A stretch of 64,000 nt of DNA from Okamejei kenojei (lineage: Eukaryota): NCBI GenBank assembly GCA_035221665.1, contig CM069160.1, forward strand, positions 4,712,001-4,776,000. Reading direction: 5' to 3'. The translations under genes and the position numbers were made by a program. The notes beneath the pieces are model-generated. The model made no database searches, was not told the origin of the DNA, and saw only the letters and a list, made by a program, of their open reading frames with translations. Positions 50,401-62,555 of this stretch are shown one piece after another; the stretch's first letter is position 1; the number at the start of each line of letters is the position of its first letter.

Positions 50401-52392
50401 GTCCCCAACCCTTCTACCCGCCCCCACCCGCTCACTCCCCTCCATTCACCTGCTGCCCACCACCATTCCCCAACCACGGACCGCCCATGAATGATGGCGG
50501 AGTAGACTTGATGGGCAGAATGGCCTAATTCTGCACCTATCATAATATGATCTTTTGAACATATCCCAGCTACACTCATCCAACCTGCCCGCGTTGGTAA
50601 ATATATCCCACCAAACCTGACCTTTCCATGTACCTGTCTCTCTGTTTCTTAAACGTTGGGATAGTCGCTGCCGAAATTACCATTACTCCTCTTTGCAGCG
50701 CGTTCAATACCCACCACCCTTTGTGCGAAAAAGCCAGCCCACAGGCTCCTATTTAATATTTCCCCCTTCATCTTAAACCCTAAATCCCCTGACCCTTCGA
50801 TTTACCTGCTCTGAGGAAGAAACTGTGCATCTACCCGATCTATTCCTCTCATGATTTTATACATAAAAGATCACCCTCAGCCTTCTGCACTCCAGCCTAC
50901 TCAACCTCTCCCTTTAGCTCAGACCCTCTAGTCCTGGCAAATTCATCGTAAATCTTATCTGTACCCTTTCCCGCTTAACAACATCTTTCCTACAACATGG
51001 TGCCCAGAATCTGAACACAATACTCACAAATGCGGCCTCAACAAAGTCTAATACAACTGCAACATGATTTGCTAACTTCTATATTCAATACTTTGGCTGA
51101 TGTGGCAAAAGCCTTTTTGACCACCCTATCTACCTGCGACACCACCTTCAAGGAACCATGCAACTGCAATCCTAGATTCCTCAGCTCTTCAACACTCGCC
51201 AAGAGCCCTACCATTCACCGCGTAGGTCCTGCTCATGTTAGACTTCCCAAATACAACCACTCTCACATTTCTCTGCTATTCTTACTATATTTAACTGAGT
51301 TTTAGTTAAAAACTTTAATGTTTCCCCATAGCCCCATTCCCACATTGACCTTTCTATACTGGGCCTCCTCCATTGCCAGCCAGAGTGAGGCCACACACAA
51401 ACTGGAGGGAAACAGCATCTCGTATCCTGCTTGGGTACCTCCAGCAAACACCCCCCCCTCCCCCTCATTTTCTGCCCCACACCTTCCCCGTTTTTTTTCT
51501 CCCCCTCCCCAGTGCACCACCTGGAGTCGCACCTATTTCTCTCCACCCCCTCCATTAACATTCCTTCCTCCGGCTTCATAGTTCATAACTCTTCAATCCT
51601 TTTGTCTCACACCTTCTGCTTTAACCTCTGCCCTTTATGATAACCATCTACCTATCAAAAAAACATTGCCTTTGTTCCGTTAGTATTAGGATCGTTATGA
51701 ATAGGTAGAATGCTGGACTTTGCAGGAAGATATTCATTAGAGCGAGGCTAACAACGTAAATAGGTGGACGCTGGGAACGGCGCATTTTTTTATTTTTATG
51801 TTTATTAATCAAATACTTTTAATCAAAAAACAATAATAAACATACAGAGTATTAACACAATTAAAAGTAGTTGTTATTCAGTAAATTCACATCTAAAAAG
51901 GAAGAGTCTTTTAAAGGCCAGTTGATCAAACTGTCCACCTGCCTGCTTCCCCCTCCTCCTCCATCCCCCCCCCCCCCCCCCCCCCCCCCCCGCTCTTTCC
52001 CCCACTCAACCCCAATCCCGCCTCCCAGCGCGACAGTGTCTATCAGCGGCCGGGGCGATGTGGGCCGGCGCCTGCGGGTGTGGATTCGGGCGGGCGGGAG
52101 GGCGGGCGAGGTTGGGGTGGCCGCGGGTACGGGGCAGGCAGGCTTCTGACTAAACTCCGCTTTCTTTCCGCAGATCCAGCGGCCCTGGTGCGTGAGCCGG
52201 CGGCCGCAGCTCTGGTGATCGCCATCGGCTGAAGACAGTGCAGCGGGGCGGACAGGATCGTGGGTGCTGGAGGGCGGCCGGGTGGTGGAAACGGGGCACG
52301 CACCCTCAGCTGATGGAGCTCGGCGGCTGCTACTCCCCATGGTGCTGCGCCAGTTCACCAACGGGGAGCAGGGAGCGGCCGGGGGAGACTAG
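47242..52392 (+). CDS. TAP2: TAP2 (antigen peptide transporter 2), last four exons encoding the NBD; many 1-bp indels (assembly error or pseudogene)
   Basis: After indel correction: exon 47242-47423 NLSFE...GEVTALVGPSGGGKTT (Walker A)...FYEPQ...YEH.YYHAK; exon 48833-48997 VALVG...NIRYGL; exon 50059-50198 DLGEAGGLISAGQKQRIAIARALVR..RILVLDEATSSLD; exon 52174-52392 [34 protein letters not shown]...*. Intron positions match TAP genes. The non-consensus AGQ signature with DE Walker B and H-switch fits TAP2 rather than TAP1. Confidence 0.85.
48080..48790. repeat. Minisatellite (~30-bp unit gtgtgacacgtgtacactcagtgccacccc) in a TAP2 intron
   Basis: Degenerate tandem units are directly visible. Confidence 0.85.
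48833..48997 (+). CDS. TAP2: TAP2 Q-loop exon
   Basis: VALVG...NIRYGL...EFLE..EQG. The acceptor reads ctccacg (probably ctccag plus 1 nt); donor gtacgt. Confidence 0.75.
49125..49455. repeat. Minisatellite (~36-40-bp unit tagtgtgcagttcaccagggtgtgatcactatagtcc) in a TAP2 intron
   Basis: About eight degenerate tandem units. Confidence 0.75.
50059..50198 (+). CDS. TAP2: TAP2 signature / Walker B exon
   Basis: ISAGQKQR, IAIARALVR, LDEA, TSSLD; boundaries cag / gtgagc. Confidence 0.88.
52174..52392 (+). CDS. TAP2: TAP2 terminal exon
   Basis: Branch-like ctgac and acceptor tttctttccgcag; [37 protein letters not shown]; TAG at 52390-52392. Confidence 0.85.
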
Positions 52393-52649
52393 GGGTAGGG
52401 ACACGGGGAGCGATGAGAGTGGGGAGACAGAGAGGAAGGGAGGGAGGGGCAATGAGGGGGAAGAGAATGAGTGGGGCTGGGAAACAAGGAGGGACAGGGT
52501 GGGGAGTTGGAGAGGGAGATGAGGGATATGGAGAGTTGTGAGGGAGAAGGGGAGAGATGTTGACAGTGCAGACCCAGGAGAGAGGGAGGGTTGGTTAGTG
52601 AGCCAGCGAGGGAGTGGGTTAGATGAGGGAGAATGAGGGCGGGGAAGCT

Positions 52650-54460
52650 AGTGGTTTTTGCAGATAGTGAAGATGGTTGTGAATGATTGCAACAGGATCT
52701 GGATCGATTGGCCAGGTGGGCTGAGGAATGGTTGATGGAATTTAATACAGAGAAGTGTGAGGTGTTGCATTTTGGACGTCGAACAAGGGCAGGACCTACA
52801 GAGTGAATGGCAGGCCTCTGGGTAGTGTTGTAGAGCAGAGGGCTCTAGGAGTACAAGTATATGGTTACATGACGGTCGAGTCGCAGGTAGATAAGTTGGT
52901 CAAAAAAGCTTTTGGCACTTTGGCCTTCATCAGTCAGAGTATTGAGGAGTGAAGGGGATGTCATGTTGCAGTTGTATAAGAGGTTGGTGAGACCCCATTT
53001 AGAACATTGTATTCAGTTCTGGGCACCATGTTAGAGGAAAGATATTAGAAACATAGAAACATAGAAATTAGGTGCAGGAGTAGGCCATTGAGCCCTTCGA
53101 GCCTGCACTGCCATTCAATATGATCATGGCTTATCATCCAACTCAGTATCCCGTACCTGCCTTCTCTCCATACCCTCTGATCCCCTAGCCACAAGGGCCA
53201 CATCTAACTCCCTCTTAAATATAGCCAATGAACTGGCCTCCACTACCCTCTGTGGCAGAGAGTTCCAGAGACCCACCACTCTGTGTGTGAAAAAAAGTCC
53301 TTCTCATCTCGGTCCTAAAGGATTTCCCCCTTATCCTTAAGTTGTGACCCCTTGTCCTGGACTTCCCCAACATCGGGAACAATCTTCCTGTATGTAGCCT
53401 GTCCAACCCCTTAAGAATTTTGTGAGTTTCTATAAGATCCCCTCTCAATCTCCCAAATTCTAGAGAGTATAAACCGAGTCTATCCAGTCTTTCTTCATAA
53501 GACAGTCCTGACATCCCAGGAATAAGTCTGGTGAACCTTCTCTGCACTCCCTCTATGGCAATAATGTCCTTCCTCAAATTTGGAAACCAGAACTGTACAC
53601 AATACTCCAGGTATCATCTCACCAAGACCCTATACAACTGAAGTAGAACCTCCCTTCTCCTATACTCAAATCCTTTTGCTATGAAAGCTAACATACCATT
53701 CGCTTTCTTCACTGCCTGCTGCACCTGCATGCCTACTTTCAATGACTGGTGTCCCATGACACCCAGGTCGCGTTGCATCTCCCCTTTTCCTAATCGGCCA
53801 CCATTTAGATAATAGTCTGCTTTCCTGTTTTTTCCACCGTGGATAACCTCGCATTTATCCACATTATACTGAATCTGCCAAACATTTAGGGTTGTGACTT
53901 GGACCCAGCCTGTCCAAGTCACGCCTAGCCTATCCAAGTCACGCTTATATTGTCAAGCTTGAAAGGGTTCAGAAAAGATTTACGAGGATGTTGTCAGGAC
54001 TACAGGGTGTGAGAGCTCTAGGGAGAGGTTGAAATAGGATGGTGTCTATTTTGAATAGGTATGGGTTTGGTGTTTTCTCCATGGAGCGTAGGAGGATGTT
54101 GGGAGATCTCATAGAGGTATATACAATCATGAGAGGAATAGATCGGGTAGCCGCACAGAGTATTTTACTCAGAGTAGGGGAATCGAGGATCAGACGACAT
54201 AGGTTCTAGGTGAAGGGGAAAATATTTAATAGGAATCTGAGAAGTATTTTTCCCACAGAGGGAGGTGGGTGTATAGAACATTCCATAGGAAGTAATTGAG
54301 ACTATCCCATTGTATAAAAAGCAGTAGGACAGGTACACGGATAGGGCAGGTTTGGAGGGTTATGGACCAAGCGCAGGCAAGTGGGGCTAGAGTAGCTGGG
54401 ACATTGTTGACTGGCGTGGGCGAGTTGGGCCGAAGGCCTGTTTCCACACTTATTAATCTA
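52650..54460 (+). mobile_element. Older CR1 (RT C-terminus and 3' end) split by a younger antisense CR1
   Basis: LQQDLDRLARWAEEWLMEFNTEKCEVLHF...LVRPHLEHCIQFWAP on the left resumes as KLERVQKRFTRML on the right; atatt is present on both sides of the insert. Confidence 0.82.
53047..53945 (-). mobile_element. CR1 3' fragment (nested)
   Basis: ORFs 53614..53937 and 53215..53577; (TTTCTATG)n tail at about 53047-53066. Confidence 0.9.
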
Positions 54461-56457
54461 TGACTAATGACTATTGAGTAAGGGGGGGGGGGGGGGGGAT
54501 TTTTTTTAGTGAGGGTGGGGTTGTGGGGGGGTGGGGCATGCATGGGGAGGAGATAGTGAGGGTGAGGAGGGGGAGGGGTGGAAAGCGAGTGAATGGACGG
54601 AAGGTGAATGGAAGGTAAGGGAAGGTGGCAGTGGGGAAAGTGAGTGGGGTGTGTGTGTGGGGAGGGAGGGTGGGGTGTGAATTTGGGGAAGGGAGGGGGG
54701 GTGAGGGTGGGGAACAGTATGGGGTGAGTGTGTGGAAGGGATGGGGTGAATGTGGGGAAAGGGAGGGGTGAGGGTGTGGGGGTGGGGAAGGGGGGAGGGA
54801 GTGTGTGGGATGGGGTGGGGGAGGGGTGAGGGGAGGGATCGTGCATCCGCCAGTGCAGGGTCTGGGCCGCCCCAGATTAATTCCACTTCAGTGCAATAAA
54901 CGAGATTTTCAGTTACACTGGTTTCAGGTTTGAACTAATTTGTAGACTCTCACAGTGACCAGAGGGCGTCTGTCGGTAGGTCTTCTCTCCCTTCATCTTT
55001 CTCCCCCCCCCCCCCCCGCCCTCTATCTCTGCCTCTATCTCCCCCCTCTCTATTTTTCTCTTCCTCCCTTTCTCTTTGTCTGCTCACGCTCCCTCCATCC
55101 CTGCCTCTCCATCTCTCTCTCCCCTCCACTGTAACCCACTCCCACAGCTGGGGAACGGTCACCCCCGCCCCTCGCTGAGCGGATCATCCCGGAGGTGGGT
55201 TGTTTGGTGCGCGGAGGCGCATTGGCCGAAGCTGCTGCCGGCGTGGGAATGCCTCCACCCCCATATATACCAAGTGCTGCGATCTGGACTCAGCAAGCCG
55301 AGCAGCATCTGTGGGGGGAGACGACGGGGATGGGTTTAAACGGGTACAAACCCAAATGGAATACAGGGAAGAGAGGCGCGGAGGGGGAAGGGAGGGAGGC
55401 ACATTAATGTTGTACATTAATGGATAATTTAATGTTGAAAGCTATCTAAGCGTATGGCCTCACTCTGGTAATGGAGGATGCCGAGAACAGAAATGTCAGT
55501 GTGGGAATGGGAAGGGGAGGTAAGATGGGAGATCCAGCAGACCTGGACAGACCGAACGCTAGTGTTGGAGTAAACGGTCGCCTGCCCAACACTTGGTCTT
55601 ATCGATGTGAAGGGGTAAACTTGGAGGAAACCAGAGGAACATCATCTCCTGTTTCCTTTAGATACATGTACAATCTGCCCGCAATTCTCAAATTTTATGT
55701 AATGGCATAAATATAACTAGGGTGAATGGATGATCGTTGGTCGGTACAAACTCGGTGGGCCGAAGGGCCTGCTTCTATGCGGTATCTCGAAAGGTAACTA
55801 AATTACAAACAAACCCCCTTTCTTCTCCTTGCTCCACCTTGTCCCACCTGCATTCCCCTCCCCGGCACCTTCCACTTTTTATTCCTTCCTCGGGCTCCTC
55901 AATGCGTTCCTCCTTATCTCACACATTGTTTGTCTTTATATCTCGGTCCAACCATTCATCGGCCAAAACGCCTCACCCCCACCTTTATCGCCAGAATATA
56001 TCCTATCCTCATCTCTCTTCCAGCCACCCCCCCCGCCACCACAATCAGTCTGAAGAAGGGTCCCGGCCAGAAACATCACCTATCCATGTTCTCCACAAAA
56101 GCTGCCTGACCCGCTCAGTTACTCCAGCACTAAGTGTCTTGATTTGTAAACCAGGATCTGCAGTTCCTCGTTTCTCCGTCGGTCCGCTATGGGATACGGA
56201 TGGGTTACCGCGCCGCTGACAGCTCCGGTTCTTTGGTGAGATTCATCCACGTTACATCTGGCGGCGGCATGATAGCGCACCGGCAGAGTTGCTGCCTCAC
56301 AGCGCCGGGTTCGGAGTACTAAATACAGGTGCTGTCTGTACGGGGTTTTGTACGTTCTCCCCGTGATATCTCGGGAATTCATCCGGGCTTGTAACGTCAG
56401 GGGAGTTCCCGGGTTAACCCGGTCTCCGGGCGTTGGGGCCGGGCAGCGCGAGCTCCG

Positions 56458-56499
<42 letters not shown>

Positions 56500-56615
56500 T
56501 CCCCGTCCCCGTCCCCGTCCCCGTCCCCGTCCCCGTCCCCCAGATGCTGCCTGACCCACTCAGTTACTCCAGCTTGTTGTGTCAATCCTCTAATAATTGA
56601 CCTCATGTCTTTCAG

Positions 56616-56642
56616 GAAGGATTCGGATTCTCCCCAAAGCTG
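56616..56642 (+). pseudogene. 27-nt mini-exon of a butyrophilin/TRIM-like gene (candidate)
   Basis: tgtctttcag|27 nt|gtacgt; the phase-1 reading xRIRILPKA is open. Confidence 0.55.
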
Positions 56643-57087
56643 GTACGTTTCAGGATTGGTGCTGTTAAGGTCCTGTCCAATTTGAGCCGTGACTTGCGCG
56701 ACAGGCCGGTAGTGACGGTCCCGTGAGAGTCGCGCGCGTCATCATGCGCCCGCACAGCAGTCTGGAGCGCATGACGTAATTTGAAAAAATGCAGGAGTAA
56801 CTCAGCGAGACCGGCAACTGGAGAGAAGGAATGGATGATGTTTCAGCTCGAGCTTCTTCTTCAGTCTGAAAGGAGGGTGTTGACCCGAAACGTCACCCAT
56901 TGCTTTTCTCCAGAGATGCTGCCGGTCCCGCTGAGTTAAGGGCCTGTCCCACTTACGTGTCCTTGGCACGCAAATTACGCGACCACGTGGTCGCGTTGAG
57001 CCGCGACGGCATACCTGCGAGCGGGCGTTTGCAGATTGTTATCGGACTGAATTCATTAACATGAATCCTTTTTTCTTACACTTTCAG

Positions 57088-57114
57088 GCATGGACAGAAT
57101 CAGAAACGCTGCTG
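57088..57114 (+). pseudogene. 27-nt mini-exon preceding the B30.2 exon
   Basis: ttttttcttacactttcag|27 nt|gtaaga; phase-1 reading GMDRIRNAA joins in frame to VAVSLDPDTAH. Confidence 0.65.
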
Positions 57115-57333
57115 GTAAGATCTTCTCTTCACCAAGTCTCTGCTCAACCGTTTTAGTGACTTTCATAGAGTCATACAGAAACAGGCCCTACGGCCCAACG
57201 TGCCAATGCTGACCCACATATCCTATCTGCACTATTCCCACCTGCCCACACTGACCCACATGTCTATAGAAAATAGGTGCAGGAGTAGGCCATTCGGTCC
57301 TTCCAGCCAGCACCGCCATTGAATCTGATCATA

Positions 57334-58512
57334 CGACAAGGTCCCACATAAGAGATTAGTATACAAACTTAAAGCATACGGTATTAGGGGTTCAGTATTG
57401 ATGTGGATAGAGAACTGGCTGGCAAACAGGAAGCAAAGAGTAGGAGTAAACGGGTCCTTTTCACAATGGCAGGCAGTAACTAGTGGGGTACCGCAGGGCT
57501 CAGTGCTGGGACCCCAGCTATTTACAATATATATTAATGATCTGGATGAGGGAATTGAAGGCAATATCTCCAAGTTTGCGGATGACACTAAGCTGGGGGG
57601 CAGTGTTCGCTGTGAGGAGGATGCTAGGAGACTGCAAGGTGACTTGGATAGGCTGGGTGAGTGGGCAAATGTTTGGCAGATGCAGTATAATGTGGATAAA
57701 TGTGAGGTTATCCACTTTGGTGGCAAAAACAGGAAAGCAGACTATTATTTAAATGGTGGCCGATTAGGAAAAGGGGAGATGCAGCGAGACCTGGGTGTCA
57801 TGGTACACCAGTCATTGAAAGTAGGCATGCAGGTGCAGCAGGCAGTGAAAAAAGCGAATGGTATGTTAGCTTTCATAGCAAAAGGATTTGAGTACAGGAG
57901 CAGGGAAGTTCTACTTCAGTTGTACAGGGTCTTGGTGAGACCACACCTGGAGTATTGCGTGCAGTTTTGGTCTCCAAATCTGAGGAAGGACATTATTGCC
58001 ATAGAGGGAGTGCAGAGAAGGTTCACCAGACTGATTCCTGGGATGTCAGGACTGTCTTATGAAGAAAGACTGGATAGACTCGGTTTATACTCTCTGGAAT
58101 GTAGGAGATTAAGAGGGGATCTTATAGAAACTTACAAAATTCTTAAGGGGTTGGACAGGCTAGATGCAGGAAGATTGTTCCCGATGTTGGGGAAGTCCAG
58201 GACAAGGGGTCACAGCTTAAGGATAAGGGGGAAATCCTTTAAGACCGAGATGAGAAAGACTTTCTTCACTCAGAGAGTGGTGAGTCTCTGGAACTCTCTG
58301 CCACAGAGGGTAGTTGAGGCCAGTTCATTGGCTATATTTAAGAGTGAGTTGGATGTGGCCCTTGTGGCTAAGGGGATCAGAGGGTATGGAGAGAAGGCAG
58401 GTACGGGATACTGAGTTGGATGATCAGCCATGATCATATTGAATGGCGGTGCAGGCTCGAAGGGCTGAATGGCCTACTCCTGCACCTAATTTCTATGTTT
58501 CTATGTTTCTAT
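57334..58512 (+). mobile_element. Young CR1 LINE, 5'-truncated, RT C-terminus still open
   Basis: ORF 57398..58414 with SGVPQGSVLGP and FADD; (TTTCTATG)n tail. Confidence 0.95.
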
Positions 58513-58942
58513 CATGGCTGATCATCCACAATCAGTACCCCGTTCCTGTCTTCTCCCCATATCCCCTGACTCCGCTATCTTTAAGAGCCTGTCTAGGTCT
58601 CTCTTGAAAGCATCCAGAGAAACGGCCTCCACCGCCCTCTGAGGCAGAGCATTCCGCAGACTCACAACTCTCTGGGTGAAAAAGTGTTTTCTTATCTCCG
58701 TTCTAAATGGCTTATCACTTATTCTTAAACTTTGTGGCCCCCGGTTCAGGACGCCCCCAACATCGGGAATATGTTTTCCTGCCTCGAGCGTGTCCAAACC
58801 CTTAATAATCTTATATGTTTCAATAAGATATCATCTCATCCTTCTAAACTCCATTGTATACGAGCCCAGCCGCTCCATTCTCTCATCATTTGACAGTCCT
58901 GCCATCCCGGGAATTAACCTCGTAAACATACGCTGCACTCCC
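58513..58942 (-). mobile_element. CR1 3' fragment, tail-to-tail with the previous copy
   Basis: FFTQRVVSLRNALPQRAVEA in ORF 58522..58797. Confidence 0.85.
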
Positions 58943-59150
58943 TGTACATTAGTCCCACCTTTCCACGCTGACCATCATGCCCCACCTACACTAAGTACTA
59001 CTACCTACCCGCGTTTGGCCCATATCCATCTAAACTTGTCCTATCCATGTACCTGTCTAAATGACTTGGAAATGTTGTGATAGTCCCAGCCTCCTCCTGC
59101 ACCTATTGTCTCTGTTTCTGTCCTTAACCTGAACACCACATGACTTTCAG

Positions 59151-59700
59151 TTGCTGTGTCTCTGGACCCCGACACTGCCCACCAGATGCTCCAGGTACCC
59201 CTGACCTGGTCACCGTGCGCTGTGTCAAGGGGCAGTTGATCACTTCTGGAGACAGAGCGGGGCTTGAACCCGTCCTCTCAGTGATGGGGAAGCCACCTCT
59301 CGGAGATGAGGAGGGATCACCTCTGGCAGACGCTACTGGGTGGTGAAGGTGGACAGCAACTCCGAATGGGACCTGGGAGTTGCCTCCAAAAATGCGGAGA
59401 AGAGCGCGAGTAGCTCGCTGATCCCCGAGGGAGGGGTCTGGTCCATCGGGTGACACCAGAAGGTGTTCAGGGTCAACGACGCCAATTCCACGCGGATTTT
59501 CATCCACCCAGCCACCCAGGAGAAGATCCAGATGATCGGTGTATACCTTGACTACAACAAGGGCAAGGTCCTGTTCTGTGATAACAGCACCGGTTCTCAC
59601 CTCCACTCCTTCCGCGATTGTACGTTCGAGGGGGGGGGGGGGGGGGGCTCCTCCCCTTCTTCAACGTCTGGGCTTCACGGAAACCCACTGACAATTTGAC
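59151..59700 (+). pseudogene. B30.2 (PRY/SPRY) exon of a butyrophilin- or TRIM-like gene, disrupted
   Basis: Acceptor actttcag; VAVSLDPDTAHQML, GITSGRRYWVVKV...WDLGVA, GVWSIG* (in-frame TGA), IGVYLDYNKGKVLF.D, LLPFF; frameshifts present. Confidence 0.88.
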
Positions 59701-60387
59701 CAATCGTCCAGGCTGCATGAGTCCGAGTCCATCGTCCAGTTGTACAGGCTGCGTGAGTCCTAGTTCATCATCCAATTGTCCATGTCCAGGCTGTGTGAGT
59801 CCTGCTTCATCGTCGAGTTGTCCAGGTTGCGTGAGTCCGAGTCCATCGTCCAGTTGGACAGACTGCGTGAGTCCGAGTTCAGTGTCCAATTGTCCAGTTG
59901 TCCAGGCTGCGTGAGTCCAAGTTCATTGTCCAAATGTCCAGGCTACGCGAGTCCATGTTCATTGTCCAATTGTCCATGTCCAGGCTGCGTGAGTCCAAGT
60001 TCATTGTCCAGTTGTCCAGGCTGTGTGAGTCCATGTTCATTGTCCAATTGGTCATGTCCAGGCTGCATGAGTCCAAGTTCATTGTCCAGTTGTCCAGGCT
60101 GCGTGAGTCCATGTTCATTGTCCAGTTGTCCAGGCTGTGTGAGTCCATGGTTATTGTCCAATTGTACATGTCCAGGCTGCATGTATCTTAGTTCATTGTC
60201 CAGTTGTCCAGGTTGCATGAATCCTACCTCATTGTCCAACTGTCCAGTTGTCCAGACTGCATGAGTCCTAGTTCAGTGTCCAATCGTCCAGTTGTCCAGG
60301 CTGAGTGAGTCCAAGTTCGTTGTCCAGGCAGCATGAGTCCATGTTAACTGTCCAGTTATCCAGTTGTCCAGGCGGAGTGAGTCCTAG
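59700..60387. repeat. Minisatellite (30-36-bp unit tgtccaggctgcgtgagtccaagttcattgtccagt)
   Basis: About 20 tandem units starting at the end of the B30.2 exon. Confidence 0.92.
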
Positions 60388-60389
60388 TT

Positions 60390-61235
60390 GCCCGGGCATC
60401 GAGTGTCCTCTTACAAATTAATATCACCAGCAACTTGTCCCAGACCAGCCACATCGAAGCAACGGCCAAGAAAGCAAACCAACGCATGTCCCCAACAACT
60501 CTCACCAACATCTACGCATGCCCCGTGCAAATCATTTTATTCGGGATGCATCACAGCACGGTTTTGGAAACAGCTCCAGCCAAGATCGCAAGAAATTGAT
60601 GAGAGTTGTGTACACAGCCCAGTCCGTCACACACAAACCAACCTCCCTTCCACCGACTCCATCCACACCTCACGCTGCATCCGCAAAGCCAACAGCCCAG
60701 ACCATCACACACACAAACCAACCTCCCTTCCATCACCTCCATCTACACCTCATGCTGCAACGGCAAGGCCAGCAGCCCAGACCATCACACACACAAAGCA
60801 ACCTCCCTTCCATCACCTTCATCTACTCCTCACGCTGCCTTGGCAAGGCCAGCAGCCCAGACCATCACACACAAAGCAACCTCCCTTTCATCACCCCCAT
60901 CTACCCCTCACGCTGCCTCGGCAAGGCCAGCAGCATAATCTAGGACCAGACTCACCCCAGGTCACTCCCGCTCCTCCCCTCTCCCATCGAACAAGAGGCA
61001 TATAAGTGTGAAAACGCACACCTCCAGATTCAGGGACAGTTTTCTTCCAGGCTGTTATCAGGCAACTGAACCGTCCTCTCACCAACTAGAGAGCAGTCCC
61101 CGACCTCCCATCTATTTCTTTAGAAACCTTGGGTCTATCTTTAATTGCACTTAACCAGACTTTATCTTGCACTAAAACATGTTATTCCCTTTATCCTGCA
61201 TCTGTACACTGCGGACGGCTTGATTGTAATCATTG
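60390..61235 (+). mobile_element. Rex1/L2-type LINE 3' fragment with an internal ~77-bp tandem amplification (60620-60935)
   Basis: SGCITA.F motif and 3' end (RFRDSFFPAVIR-like); four repeats of cccagaccatcacacacaaa...acctcccttccatcacc...cctcacgctgc. Confidence 0.7.
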
Positions 61236-61499
61236 TTTAATTCAGCTTAGTTTAGAGATACAGCGTGGAAACAGGCCCTTCGGCCCACCGGGTCCATGCC
61301 GACCAGCGATCCCCCAACACTAACACTACCTACAACACCCACTAGGGACATTTTTTTAAATTTACACCAAGCCAATTAACCTACAAACCTGCACGTCTTT
61401 GGATTGCGGGAGGAAACCGAAGATCTCGGGGAAAACCAACGCAGGTCACGGGCAGAACGTACAAACTCCGTACAGACAGCTGTTTTTTGGGGAGTCGGG

Positions 61500-62555
61500 T
61501 AATCCTGAGAGGGGGAAGACGCTGGGTGGGATCAATGAATCCTGGGCACCAGTTAGGACAGCAAGAATACTAGACAGTCACAGCTCATGAGAATAGCCTC
61601 CTGAATGTTAGCATGCAGGTACAGCAGGCAGTGAAGAAAGCGAATGGCATGTTGGCCTTTATAACAAGAGGAGTTGAGGATAGGAGCAAATAGGTCCTTC
61701 TGTAGTTGTACAGGGCCCTCGTGAGACCACACCTGGAGTACAGTGTGCAGTTTTGGTCTCCACATTTGAGGAAGGACATTCTTGCTATTGAGGGAGTGCA
61801 GCGTAGGTACACGAGGTTAATCCCGGGATGGCGGGACTGTCATATGTTGATAGAATGGAGCGGCTGGGCTTGTATACACTTACATTTTGATGAGAGTGGG
61901 TCTTATTATTCAGGTTAACAGGTATAAGATTATTCAGGATTTGGACACGCTGGAGGCAGAAAACATGTTCCCGATGTTGTGGTAGTCCAGAACCAGGGGG
62001 CCATAGTTTAAGAATAAGGGGTAAGCCATTTAGAACGGAGATGAGGAAAAACGTTTCCACCCAGAGAGTTGTGAATCTGTGGAATTCTCTGCCTCAGAAG
62101 GCAGTGGAGGCCAATTCTCTGAAGGATTTCAAGAGAGAGTTAGATAAAGTACTTAAAGATAGCGGAGTCGGGGGATATGGGGAGAAGGCAGGAACGGGGT
62201 ACTGATTGGGGATGATCAGCCATGCTAACATTGAATGGCAGTGCTGGCTCGAAGGGCCCAATGGCCTACTCCTGCACCTATTGTCTAATAGGTTTAAGGT
62301 GAGGGGGGAAAGATTCAATAGGAATCGGAGCAGGTAACGTTTTCATGCAAAGGGTGGTAAGTGTATGGAACGAGCTGCCAGAGGAGGTAGATGATGGAGA
62401 CACTATCGGAACGTTTAGGAAACCTTTGGACAGGACAGGTTTAGAGGGATATGAACCAACTGCAGACAGGTGGGACTAGTGTAGATGGGACATCTTGGCC
62501 GATGTGGGCAAGTTGGACCTAAGGGCCTGTTTCCACACTCTATCACTCTCTGACT
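61500..62555 (+). mobile_element. CR1 fragments
   Basis: [34 protein letters not shown] followed by two successive CR1 3' ends. Confidence 0.85.

Noticed and set aside
51861-52361. Minus-strand ORF with EGACPV...DPV...DHQSC resembling a decayed TRIM RING; similar B-box-like reading at 48737-49084
   Set aside because: Both are antisense readings of TAP2 exons; the plus strand gives clear ABC motifs with proper splice sites.
54226-54886. Pro/His-rich ORFs of 206 and 126 aa
   Set aside because: Low-complexity G-rich tract plus a CR1 3' end.
59500-60264. Repetitive Cys-rich or QPGQLD ORFs resembling keratin-associated or metallothionein proteins
   Set aside because: Translations of a minisatellite that is open in multiple frames on both strands; no gene structure.
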